The translations under genes and the position numbers were made by a program. The notes under the pieces are model-generated. The model worked only from the letters and a program-made list of their open reading frames with translations, searched no databases and had not been told where the DNA came from. Below are positions 1 through 10,853 of a DNA stretch of 64,000 bases, in pieces (the stretch's first letter is position 1; each line of letters starts with the position of its first letter). Source of the stretch: Azolla caroliniana (taxonomy: Eukaryota; Plantae; Polypodiophyta); NCBI GenBank assembly GCA_043228905.1, contig JBHGNT010000016.1, positions 11,904,001-11,968,000 of the forward strand. The letters are read 5' to 3'.

Positions 1-7
1 AATCTAA

Positions 8-1110
8 GTGCCGGAAGTACAGTTGCCGACCCCACCAACAGGCCAAGAGCATTCAGAGGCGGAGCGTCCAACGGAGCCGCAACCAGAACGGCAAAGTGGT
101 CACCAACAAGAGCCAGAGTTGCAACTCAACGCAACTGGACAAAACCGACCACTGGCCAGCGACACCAACACCCTTCAGGCAGACGCAACAACAGGGCACC
201 GGTAGCCAATGGCTCCGGTAGATTGAAGAAAAAATTGCCAGAGTGGTACACTACATAGAGGTGGAAGAGAAAGCGCAGATGGACCGGTTGCTTGTCACAA
301 CCGGAGAACTAGAGACGGCCCGGTCAAGGATCCGGAGCCTAGAATAGGACTTGGACCTGGCCACAGAAGAATTGGCCAAAATGGCCTTTACCGAACCACA
401 ACTCCAAGCACCGGTGACTCCGGTAGATGTACAGAATAAAGAAGGACCGGCACCTGTACATAGCAATAGGACCCCAGAGACGGAAACAGTCCCGGAGATA
501 TTGGCGGCGCAAGCAAAAGAGCTTGCTGAATTAAGAGATGAACTGGCCGCACAGGAAGCATTACGCACCCGAGAGCGGGACTTGAAGAAAGCGGCAGAAG
601 AAGAGCAACGAAAGACTGCTGATAACGTCCGTCGGGCAGAAGAGAAACTGCGGAAAGGACATCAGTCCTATGACCGGCTAAAGGAGGAGAAAGAGAAGGT
701 GCTGCAAGAGAAGGAGAAGCTGTGACAGATGGCGGAAACAGAGATCGAAAGGTTGAAAGAAGAACTCCGTCAACAGAAGGACCGGGAAGACCGCGCTCGC
801 CGGTAACTCAACCAAAAGCTGAAGCAAAAGACCAATGATTTTGAGCACCTGCACCGGGACTACAAGCACCTGGATACGGAGCATAAGAAATAGCAGGAGA
901 AGATGGTAGAGCTTCGGCAGGAGGTGCATAGAGTTGAGACGGCACTGGCGGAGGAACGGGCTAAAAGAACCATGCTGCTGGAGGAAGCCGCGCAAGCACG
1001 GATGGAGCTGCAGAAGCAGTATTATGAAGAAAAGGAAAGAGAGATGATGGTCTTGCAAAGGCTGTAGAACACCTATCAAACCCAATTGTCACATTACCAG
1101 GAGCAGGAGG
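8..1110 (+). pseudogene. Degraded E/K/Q/R-rich coiled-coil ORF, probably an accessory ORF of an LTR retrotransposon
   Basis: ORF pieces 8-205 and 351-725 plus continuation through stops encode helical sequence (ELAELRDELAAQEALR...). It sits directly before an LTR-like segment. No recognisable domain. Confidence 0.35.
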
Positions 1111-1115
1111 TGGAT

Positions 1116-1683
1116 ATGGTTGCACTAATCACATATATATTTACAAGGAGGGCAAGGATTCGAACCTTGCACCTCCTACTTAAGAGTCAATAAGCTTAGC
1201 ACTAAGCCATGACATTTAGTTAAATTTATATTTCTATCATTGTACTTTGACATGTAAATTCACATACATGAGAGCTAAAATGAGTGACTTGGTTATCATG
1301 CACCACATGTAATACATGAGCGCCAAATGGCAAACATGCATTTTATGCATGTCTTGTACCTTGACATGCATCATATGGATGAGAGCATATATAAAAGAAG
1401 GGATGAAAAAGAAGAAAGGTTAGGCTCTTTTGGTTATGAAATTAAGAAGAAGAAAATTCGTTATCGAATTGATCGTGTAACTTGTTTCTGAAATCTAAAG
1501 TCAAGAGTTCTTAATCTCTCTCTCAATCTAAAATCAAGCGTTCTATCTTTTCTCAATTTCTCTCTCTTTCAATCTATCTTAATTCCTTTCTCGCTAAAGC
1601 TTATGCCAACGTCGAATCTTTCCGGTCCAGAACCTCGACGGTTCCGCCTCACGATCCGCGCGTAGTGACGGATCTTCACGACA
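1116..1683 (+). repeat. LTR-like segment of a Gypsy family
   Basis: Ends in ...CACGACA like the LTRs at 6850 and 35849. Contains a TATA box (tatataaaag ~1388), a CT-rich tract and a tRNA-like GGATTCGAACC motif. The 5' boundary is approximate. Confidence 0.5.
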
Positions 1684-1684
1684 C

Positions 1685-4600
1685 CGGCTTTGATTCCGGA
1701 ATCACGCTTCTTGTTGTCGGTGTATTGCTTCCGCTATGTCTTCCAGTCTTCCCTCTAGTTGTCGTATCCGGACCGCTAGTAGTTCTTCCCGGCTCATCTC
1801 TTCCTTCCACGGTAGCACTGTCCATGTCGCGATCGCGGTTTCCGTTGGCATTTCCGGTGCTTGTCCGGTCATGAGTTTTTCCGGCATGTAACCGGTTACG
1901 GAGCTATGCGTCGTCCGATCCGTCCATAGTGCATACGGAAGCATCTGCGGCCAATCTTACACCCTTCCATCGCATGCCTTCACAAGTGCTTTGACGATCG
2001 GACTATGTCCTCGTTTAATCTTCCCGTTGGCTTCCGGATTGTATGCTATTGTCAGTGTTAACCGAACTCCATGTTTGGTGAAGAATTCCTTAGCTTTATC
2101 AGAGTCGAGTTCTCCCCGATGCACAATCACTTGTCCTACGCACCCGTACCTGCAAAACACCTCCTCCAAAAGAAATTGCCATACTGTAGAACATGTTTTC
2201 CTTCATAACACCCGACCTTCTACTTGGTTTGTGAGATCTTCCCGAGCTAACACCAAGTGCTTCTTTTGTCCGATCTCGGTTGGCATGGCTACAATATCGA
2301 CCATCCATTTGAAGTTGATTGTCGGTGAGAATGTCAGATGTAACTCATCTTGGTGTCGAACTCCGGAGTAGATTTGACACTTCTCGTAGCTTTCCGTGAA
2401 CTCCGCTATATCTTTGTACATGTTCTTCCACCAATATTTTTGTTTGATTTTCACAAAATTTTCCCACATTCCTCGATGTCTAGCCCAATCAGATTCGTGA
2501 AATTCGGACATTATCCAGTTTCGTTGCTCTTTCCTCCCGACTGCCCGAAGTGGTATGCCATCTGGTCTTTTCGGCTCCCTCCATATTAATGCATTTTTCA
2601 AGAAGAACTTTCGGACTTACCGCTTCTTACTATGGATCTCGGCTCTCTTCTCTTTATTGTTCGATGATTCCTCGATTTCTTGTAGCACTTTCCCGATCAG
2701 CAAGCTTTCTCCCTCATATTCTTCTTCCCAAAATTCTTGAATTACGTTCACCCGGCATATGTGCTCCGAAGCAAAGTAGTCTTCGGAAACTTCTTCATTA
2801 TCGGATCCGGTTATGTCATCTCCGAACCGCGCCCTTGATAGCATATCCGCTACCGCGTTGTCTTTTCCGGAGATGTGTCGTACCTCCGGATCAAGCGACT
2901 TAACATATGCAATCCATCTTAGCATAGCAACATCCGGTATCCTGCAACACCGAATCATCCTGAGTATTGGAAGACAATCCGTTTCGATCACTACTTCGGC
3001 TCCGATCAAATAATCTCGATCCGATTTGATTGCTGACACAAATCCCCATAATTCTCTTTTTACTTGTGCATATCCACGTTGCCTTTCGTTGAGAACCTTT
3101 GCTCTGAATCAGATCGGATATAGCGAATCGTCCGAGTTGGCTTGATTGATGACCCATCCGATTCCGGTTGGACTTGTGTCAACCGTAGTTTGGCTTCTTT
3201 AGTGCTTTTCCCCTCCGTAGTGATTTCTTGAGCTTCTTCACGGCTTTGGTATGCTCCGGTTTCCATTCGAACTTCTTACCCTTTTGCAACAAGTGATAGA
3301 GTGGGTCCGCAATATGTGCATAGTGCGGAATCCATATGTGATAGAACGCACATGCTCGAAGAAACCTTCAAACTTTGGATTGTGACTCACATACTTCTTT
3401 CATAGATTGAATTGCATCGATCTTGGTTGGTGACGGTCTTCGGCCGTAGGGCTCACATAGATGTCCGACTACCAATATTTCTTCTTGCCCGAATGCCGAT
3501 TTCTCACCAGAAAGTGTTAGATGCACCACTTCTAATTTTCGAAGCACTTTCTCGCAATCACGAATATGGTCAACTACGAACTTTCGGCATCCCCGATCAT
3601 CCATAGTTTCATCTCTTTCTTCTATCGCGCATCCTTTCATTGGAAGGTCATCTAGGAACGACATCGTTATCTCCGAAATGCAGTCTTGACGCACCTTGTT
3701 CATTGCATTCATCATATGTGCGACCGCGTTCGTCGCGCCTTGTGGTAACGTACACATCCAGACTAATCCTATCGGTGTCCGCATGGTAGTGATGTCTCGG
3801 CTCTCCGCGGCTAGTTGGAATTGGTGATACCCCGAGTATAGGTCTCCGATGGAGTATATCGCACAACCGGCAAATGCTTCCACAAATTCATCCACTATCA
3901 GACTAACTCCGGAGTTCCGGATCCTAACCTTGTTCACCAGTTGCAAGTCTTGGATAAATCGGAGTGACCCATTCTTCTTCGGAACCGTAAACCATCGATT
4001 TGAGTACGGAGCATTTGATGGCTCTAGAATCTCCATTGCCACCTTTTCCTTGAGCAAGTCAATGATTTTCGGAATATGCGCCCATGGCACCGGAATCGGC
4101 TTCAGGTTCCACGGCACATGGTCAATCGTGAAAATCACCATCGGCTCCACTATCTTCAGGTCAACGCATCTTATTTCTTTCGATGTAAATGCAAATGCTC
4201 TCCCATGTCGCTCTAGAATCCCACGGAATCGTTCTTCTTCATTTTTTAATAGGAACCCACCTCCACCGATCTGAAGTTTCTTCCGTGTCTCATCCGTGAA
4301 GACATGTCCAATATCCATGGACTTCCGAAGTGTCGGATCCCCCGAGACTTCTTTCCTCTTTTGTTTGCTATCTACGGGTAACGGTCCCGCGGCCAGTTTC
4401 ACTTTCTTCTCCACGGTCTTGTATTTCGTACTTACCATTGCTTCTTCTCTGCGGAGCGCATCCGACCCCATTTTCACAATGATCTCATACATCTCGACCA
4501 ATTCCACCGGTTCTACCCAGTCTCAGTGGCCTGTATCTTCCGCGAGCTCTTCAAGCCGTTGTAGCGTGCTCCCATAGAACACTTCTTCGACTATTCCCAC

Positions 4601-6849
4601 GATTTCTTCATCTTCTTTTATTATTAATGCTGACCATAACTTATCCTCCACTTTTCAGTATTCTTTCTTCATTCCTCCGGTTATGGCCGTGTACGAAGAT
4701 GCCCCATCCAGACCGATTCGTACTTGTTTTGCTCCGAGAGTTTTCTTCCTGTAAGTGGTATCAGGGCTTCTCGGACTATCACTTCCCCACTCCACAACAG
4801 TTCTCTCTAAAAATCCATCCTTGTTTGGGACAAGAGCTCTCTCTTGTTCCTTTCATGATTTTCTGGCACCGTTAGGAATTGGATGGATTTCCCTCCATTT
4901 TGGCTCCGAATTCATGCAAAAGCCGCACCGCTATCGAGCACCTTCATCTCCATCCGTGAAGCCGTGATAAAGGGTTGCCCGAGGATCACGGAGTGTGAGA
5001 CCTCGTCTTGTACGAAGAAATTTTGGTCAATCTCGACACCCCCGATCTTCACCGTCACATCCAAACAAGCCACAAATAGATATTCCATTGCTTTAGTGGC
5101 CGCCCGGATCTTCCATCGATGATTGGTGTTAATAGGCCACTTCCCCTTCTGGTAGAACTCCTTAGACATCAAATTGATCTCCGATCCGTGATCAATGAAT
5201 GTTAGCACGGGCTCTTTGATGTTGCCGATTCGGATCGGAGTCTCGGTGGTTGCACGCGCCCAGTGTGGCTTTGTATAGTGGGAATTCAGAATCTCGTCCT
5301 CCACTTCGGTGTCGTTCATTAGAATGGTATTTGCATTCACCATCGACGCATTTTCCTCCGTAGTTTGTCTTTTTCTTTTCACGAGATCTAGAAGAAGATC
5401 ATGGAACTCCTTTTTTGCTATTCCGAGTAGTTCCCGAAGCGAAAAATCTACCCGGCTGTCAAGGATTCTCTCCTCGAACACCTTTTTCAAGTCTGTTTGT
5501 TGTTCAATGTCCGAGGTGAGCTTGAATGCCGGAATCGTTTTTCCTTTCCCTCTTCCATCGGAGTTCCAGCTCTCCGGTGTCTTTGATGGTCGGACCGCAT
5601 CATCCGTGACATAGCGCATGTACGCTATTCTTATCTACGGGGCACTCCCATCCCATAGCTTCCCGGATACATTCCGCGACACTTCGGATTACATCATGGT
5701 CGGCTTTCTTCGAAATTTCTAGCACTTCCGGCCAAAAAGACGCCTTTGCTGCAGACGACTCCCTCACACGTATTCCTGCGGTTGTCGCATAATTGTTTTT
5801 CGCCGCGATCTCCTCCTCTAGGACCTTCTTCATGCTGCCTTTCCGGAGTTTTGGTTGGAGTGGCTTCCAAGAATCCATCGAATGAATCTGATTTCCCTCG
5901 TAGTAGATAAGATCCCGTCGTAGCGCTTCCTTGTGCTCATCGCAATCCCTCCGATCATGTTCGGTGCTATTGCACCATATGCACCAACGGTCCATATACT
6001 TGGAACTTGTGGGACGGTCATCCGACTTCTTCACCATCGCGATTTTTAGATTCTCCATCTCCTTCAGCAACTGCTCCACCGTAGTTGCGTCGATTCCCTT
6101 CTCTGTTGTAGCTTCCCAAGCCCGCGGTTGATGGTCTTCCGATCCGAATCTCGGTTTCGGAATCGGTTCCGAAACCCTCCTTTCTTCGTTGGCAATCCAT
6201 TGCCCCCTCTTTGTGTATCGCGTGACGATATCCAGCACGCCTTCCCATGTTTCGGTGAGGCCACTCTCAGTAGTCGTATCCTGTAGCAACACTCTAAGAT
6301 CCTTCTGGTCCCGGACGTCTACGGCTCGTAAGAACATGATAACTTTGTCTAGTGCAAGGATAGCTTGATCTCTCGCGGACAACCTCCCGAACCGACTTTT
6401 GAATGCCGAAAAAACATCGAGGACCTTCATCCTCTTGTCCGACGTTTCCACCCAATCCTCGAATCCTCTCCGCGTTGCCTTGGAGGAGTCCTCGATAGCG
6501 AACGTGGTCTTTAGCGCCTCTTCAAACGCTTCCCATGTCAGATTTTGTTGTCGTAGCCAATGGATACTTCCTTGAAACCCATCGATAGCCACTCGGTTGA
6601 AGGATGTCACTTGCAGTCCTTCCGAAATCCTGCACTGTATCATTTCCACCTTGTAGTCCCAAAGATAGCGTGATACGTCCTTTCCATTGAATTGCTCGAT
6701 CCGTTGCACGAGCTGCTCTACTTCCGCCGTTATCTCCGACATCCCACGTTGTTCTTGAAGCATCTGCTCGAACATCATCATCATGTTGTTAGCCTCAGGT
6801 TGATTTTCCATCTCCTTGCCACCCGTGTTCACGTCGGGTTCACCACTTG
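1685..6849 (-). mobile_element. Ty3/Gypsy internal region (gag-PR-RT-RH-INT), degraded and 3'-truncated
   Basis: Gag with zinc knuckle (CIWCNSTEHDRRDC, 5600-6832); protease FIDHGSEINL (4912-5619); RT DLYSGY and FLDD (3368-4507); RNase H ETDC (2617-3039); integrase HHCC-like region and YNPEANG (1702-2601). Many frameshifts and stops. Confidence 0.93.
6828..6845 (-). promoter_or_regulatory. Primer-binding site complementary to tRNA-Trp 3' end
   Basis: Plus strand TTCACGTCGGGTTCACCA matches the plant cytosolic tRNA-Trp 3' end including CCA (from memory), 4 nt inside the 5' LTR. Confidence 0.8.
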
Positions 6850-7564
6850 TGTCGTGCCTTTCCGAGCCGGATCGTTGCGTGAGTCTGGTAGGAACCGCTA
6901 AGGTTTTGGACTAGGAGAAAAGAAAATTCTAAGGCAATGAAGAATATGAAATTTGTTGTAAGGAAGAAAGATATGAAAAAAACTCGTGAACCCCAAGAGT
7001 ATAGTGTATTAGTGTGTACTCAGATTAAGAGAGAAAAATAGTTAGCAAATTCGTGAATCCCACGATTATATTATATTAATCCCCATTGTAAAATAAGCAA
7101 CAACCCCCCATACATCTTTCTCTACTCCATATATAAGGATGGAAGAGGCTAAGCATAGCTTCATGCTTTTTCTATAGTGTTCATGCACACTAAATGTGCA
7201 TGAGTTGCCTTTTTACACTATGGTTTTATTTCCTAAATATATTGCTCATGCTCGCTAGATGTGCACGAGTCATTTTTTATTGGTGTACATTTTCCTTATA
7301 AATAAAGTATTCACGCATTCTAAAAAATGCATGACTTTCCTTTTAATAAAGGTCTTACACGTATATAATCTATATTTAGAACACTTAGGATAAGTTACTA
7401 CAATGGTAAGGTTGGGGTTTATTTACGTGGAGGTATAAGGTTTGAATCTTGCCCTATACATGTAATAAATATTTTTTTAATGTTTTATTTTATTTATTAT
7501 ACGTACTTTAAATCGGATATAGTATTTTACATATTTCACGTAATGTGTGATTCACACTACGACA
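6850..7564 (-). repeat. 5' LTR of the Gypsy element
   Basis: TGTCGT...ACGACA termini; homologous in reverse orientation to 35849-36573. Confidence 0.88.
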
Positions 7565-8268
7565 ACGCGAAGATCATGCATCGTCTGCATCGTATGGGGT
7601 TCACGACGTCTAAATCAGACTCTTCATTGTTCGTTCGGGAAGGTCAACATGGACCGGTTAGTCTTTTACTTTAAGTTTATGATTTAGTCATCGCCAGTGC
7701 CGACCTAGATGAAATCGGCCGCGTAAAGTCTCATCTTGTGGCATCATTCACCATGAACGATCTAGGGGATTTTCATTACTTCCTAGGGATCAAAGTGGTC
7801 CGCACCCTCGAATGCATACTCATCAGCCAACATCACTACGTGCTGAATATGCTCTTCAAGTTCGGGATGGCAGATTGTAAGCCCATCTCGACGCCTCTCT
7901 ACAGAAACGCAAAGCTTCGCCGCGATTCAGGAAAGTCGTACGACCCAACATGGTTCCGACAAATCGTCAGAAGCCTAATCTATTTGATGATCACTTAGTC
8001 AGATCTTAGTTACCCGGTCGGCATGATCAGTTAATTTATGTCGCTGCCCACGTTCTAACATTTTTAGTGGGCGCAGAGAATATTGTGATATATCCACGGC
8101 ACTAAGGACATGGTGTTGCTATATGAGGCAAGAGTAGCCGAACAAAAAGTTGGCTACACGGATGCTGATTGGGCCGGAAATGTCAGCGATCGCAGATCAA
8201 CATCAGGATACGGATTCTCATTAGGAAGTGTGGCGATCACATCGAGCAGTAAGAAACAACCAATAGTA
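7565..8268 (+). pseudogene. Copia RT/RNase H fragment
   Basis: MNDLGDFHYFLGI, GYTDADWAG, RRSTSGYGF, SSKKQPIV motifs with multiple stops. Repeated at 21527-22088. Confidence 0.88.
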
Positions 8269-8269
8269 G

Positions 8270-8885
8270 TCTCAATTAAAATTCCAGAAGTCAATTCGAA
8301 AAGAATAAGTGAAAACATTGTTATTGTTGTAATAGACAAGATTATGTCTATAAATCCGGAGACCTCTACTGTGTGAGAGTAGCATGATAACCAACTACAC
8401 CATCTACACCCCTTGGTCATTAGTAATTTAATAGTTTGACATGAATTTGTTAATTAAAAAAATCGATTGGCATGTCACAATGACATTTACATAACGAATT
8501 TGTAAGATTGCCAAGTGGTACTAGGATTTACCTTATAGAAGTCTTTGTGACTACATACCATTTAGATTGAAAAAGATAGCATGGCTGGAAACAAGAAATG
8601 AAGAATTCTTTTTGCTTTGCTTAATATATGTGGATTACTTTCAGTTAGTTTAACTTAACACTTGACTATATTGACATAATTACGATCAACCAACCGTGGA
8701 AAGAACAATAGTTATGATTCTTGTCAATCTAAATAGCACTTCCCTTGACCAAATGTAGACTGTAACCGGAGAACTCTAATGTGTTAGAGTAGCATGAAAA
8801 TCAACTACACCATCTAAACATATCAACAATATCTATTTTTCTATCTTAATTAATCTTGTTGCAATAATGATTGAAGAATAGAGTG
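8270..8885 (-). repeat. Fragment of the tRNA-Val-like higher-order repeat (2 degenerate tRNA-like copies)
   Basis: tRNA-like segments at ~8345-8409 and ~8746-8818; spacers homologous to 40430-41050. Repeated at 22090-22705. Confidence 0.75.
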
Positions 8886-8887
8886 AT

Positions 8888-9267
8888 TGTAAAGAATCAA
8901 GAGATGGATTCTTGTGAAGCGGAAGAGATGTGAGTTATGTGTGTGTGTAAGAGAGAGAGAGAGAGAGAGTGAAACACAGAGAATACGCAAGGTAAAAGTA
9001 TATTGACAAAGGAGAAAGACTCAACATTATACAAGGTGGGAGGAGGGTGCTTTATGTAGTCACCCTCTCTCTTCATTAACTACAAGCGTCATGGAGCATG
9101 GGGAATGTGAAAGCTCATAAGTTATGTGTCATAGAATATGATTCTATGACTCATACTAAATGTTAGAATACAAAGTGGTGACATAATGGTGACTCTTAAC
9201 TATTAGAGTGTCTCTTCACTCTCAAGGTGAGTTCACACACTAGACAAGTTGAGCTTGATTCTCAACA
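8888..9267 (-). repeat. 3' LTR of a Copia element
   Basis: Terminal inverted TGTAAAGAATCAAG / CTTGATTCTCAACA with adjacent PPT (ccccctcaagct on plus). Repeated at 22708-23087. Confidence 0.8.
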
Positions 9268-9806
9268 TGCCCCCTCAAGCTCAAGTCGGGTCGGTTTCAG
9301 AAGGTATCCGAAATCCGCTTCAACTCGCGTTCTGGAGTCCGCGTCGACTCGCATTGGCTCCCTTTATGCGGAGTTGCGGAATCCGTGCTCCAGCTTGTGT
9401 TGTGTGAAGTCTGTGCTTCGGCTTGCGTGCGTAGTTGCGAAGTCTGTGCTTCAGCTTGCGTCTTTCTTCGCGGCTTTGCGCAGTAGATCGGTTGCGGAAT
9501 CCACGCATTATTGCGTAGTGTCTTCAGTACTCCCCCTCAAGCTTGGCAGGTCAGGGATCGTCAATCCGAGGTCGGCTCCTAAGGCTTTAGTGAAGATGTC
9601 GGCCATTTGAAGATTGGTGCTAATGTGTTGTAGGTCGACATCGCCAGCCAAAACGCGCTCTCGGATGAAGTGATAGTGCACTTCGATGTGCTTTGTCTGC
9701 GTGTGGAACACTGGGTTCCAAGCTAGATAGATACTACTCATGTTGTCGCAGTAAAGGGAAGTCGGATCCTTGATGGGTACGCCCAGATTCTTCAAAATCC
9801 TCTTGA

Positions 9807-9842
9807 AACACGTTCGCGTTCACAAGTGGAAGGATTGCGCAT
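9807..9842 (+). repeat. Left TIR, copy 1
   Basis: AACACGTTCGCGTTCACAAGTGGAAGGATTGCGCAT; also part of a local hairpin ACAAGTGGAA...TTCCACTTGT. Confidence 0.92.
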
Positions 9843-10853
9843 TCCACTTGTAGAATCTTCTTAAAACGAAGAAAATACACCCTCTCTACAATAATTGGAT
9901 GCACTAGTATCACATGTTCCTCAACTTGATAAGAATTTGCAAATATAAAAATACATGATAGATCTACGAGTGGAGATCATTAGAAATCATGCAAGTTTAG
10001 ACATGTTGATAAGTTAATGTATCTAAATAAAGTTCAACTATGGCTCAATATGGCACTATTATGCGACAAGGGAAACACTAACTTAAAGACTTATATTAAT
10101 TAGGTAGGTTTTACAAAAATATGAGGTGTACTTGTATCCATACTAATAAAATGAGATATAATTTATACTTTGACCCATACGTGCATGTATGTAATTGTCG
10201 AAAATGTAGGATAGTGCACATTAGGATAAGTGATTGGAATAACTAACTTATTAAAGTATTCAATACTTATATTAAAAGTTGATCTAATCTATTCCTCAGT
10301 TTGTTCATATGGGATCAAACCATATGTGTATATAATTGTGCACAATGTAAGGCAGTGAACTTTAGGATAATGTCGTGGAAATAACAAACCTATTAGGCTT
10401 TCATACCTGTATTTAAAATTGATCTACTCTATTGCTTAGGTGATTCACACAAGATCAAACTCCGAACGATAATGCAACTGGAACCATTATCAACACACTA
10501 CACAATCTAAGCAGCAATGGAATAGAAACATAATAGTTTTAACAATATAAGACAAAGATCCATAATAACAACATGGACAGTCATGGCAATAATTATAGGG
10601 TCATGTTCTGTTAAGGTTAGCTTGGACCAAAATCAGCCTCCATTTAAGCTAGTTCATGTTTCTCCATAAGTTTGGTAGTCAGCTATGCACGCGGTGAAAC
10701 CAATATCATAAATCTACTAATCAAGTATATAGAAATAAAATTGAAACATATAGATGATTATAAAGAATAGAATCCACTAGGTAAAACCCAAAATTTGTAT
10801 TAATAATGTGAAATCTTAACAAATCGTCAGTGTCATATTCTTTATAGAGTCTA

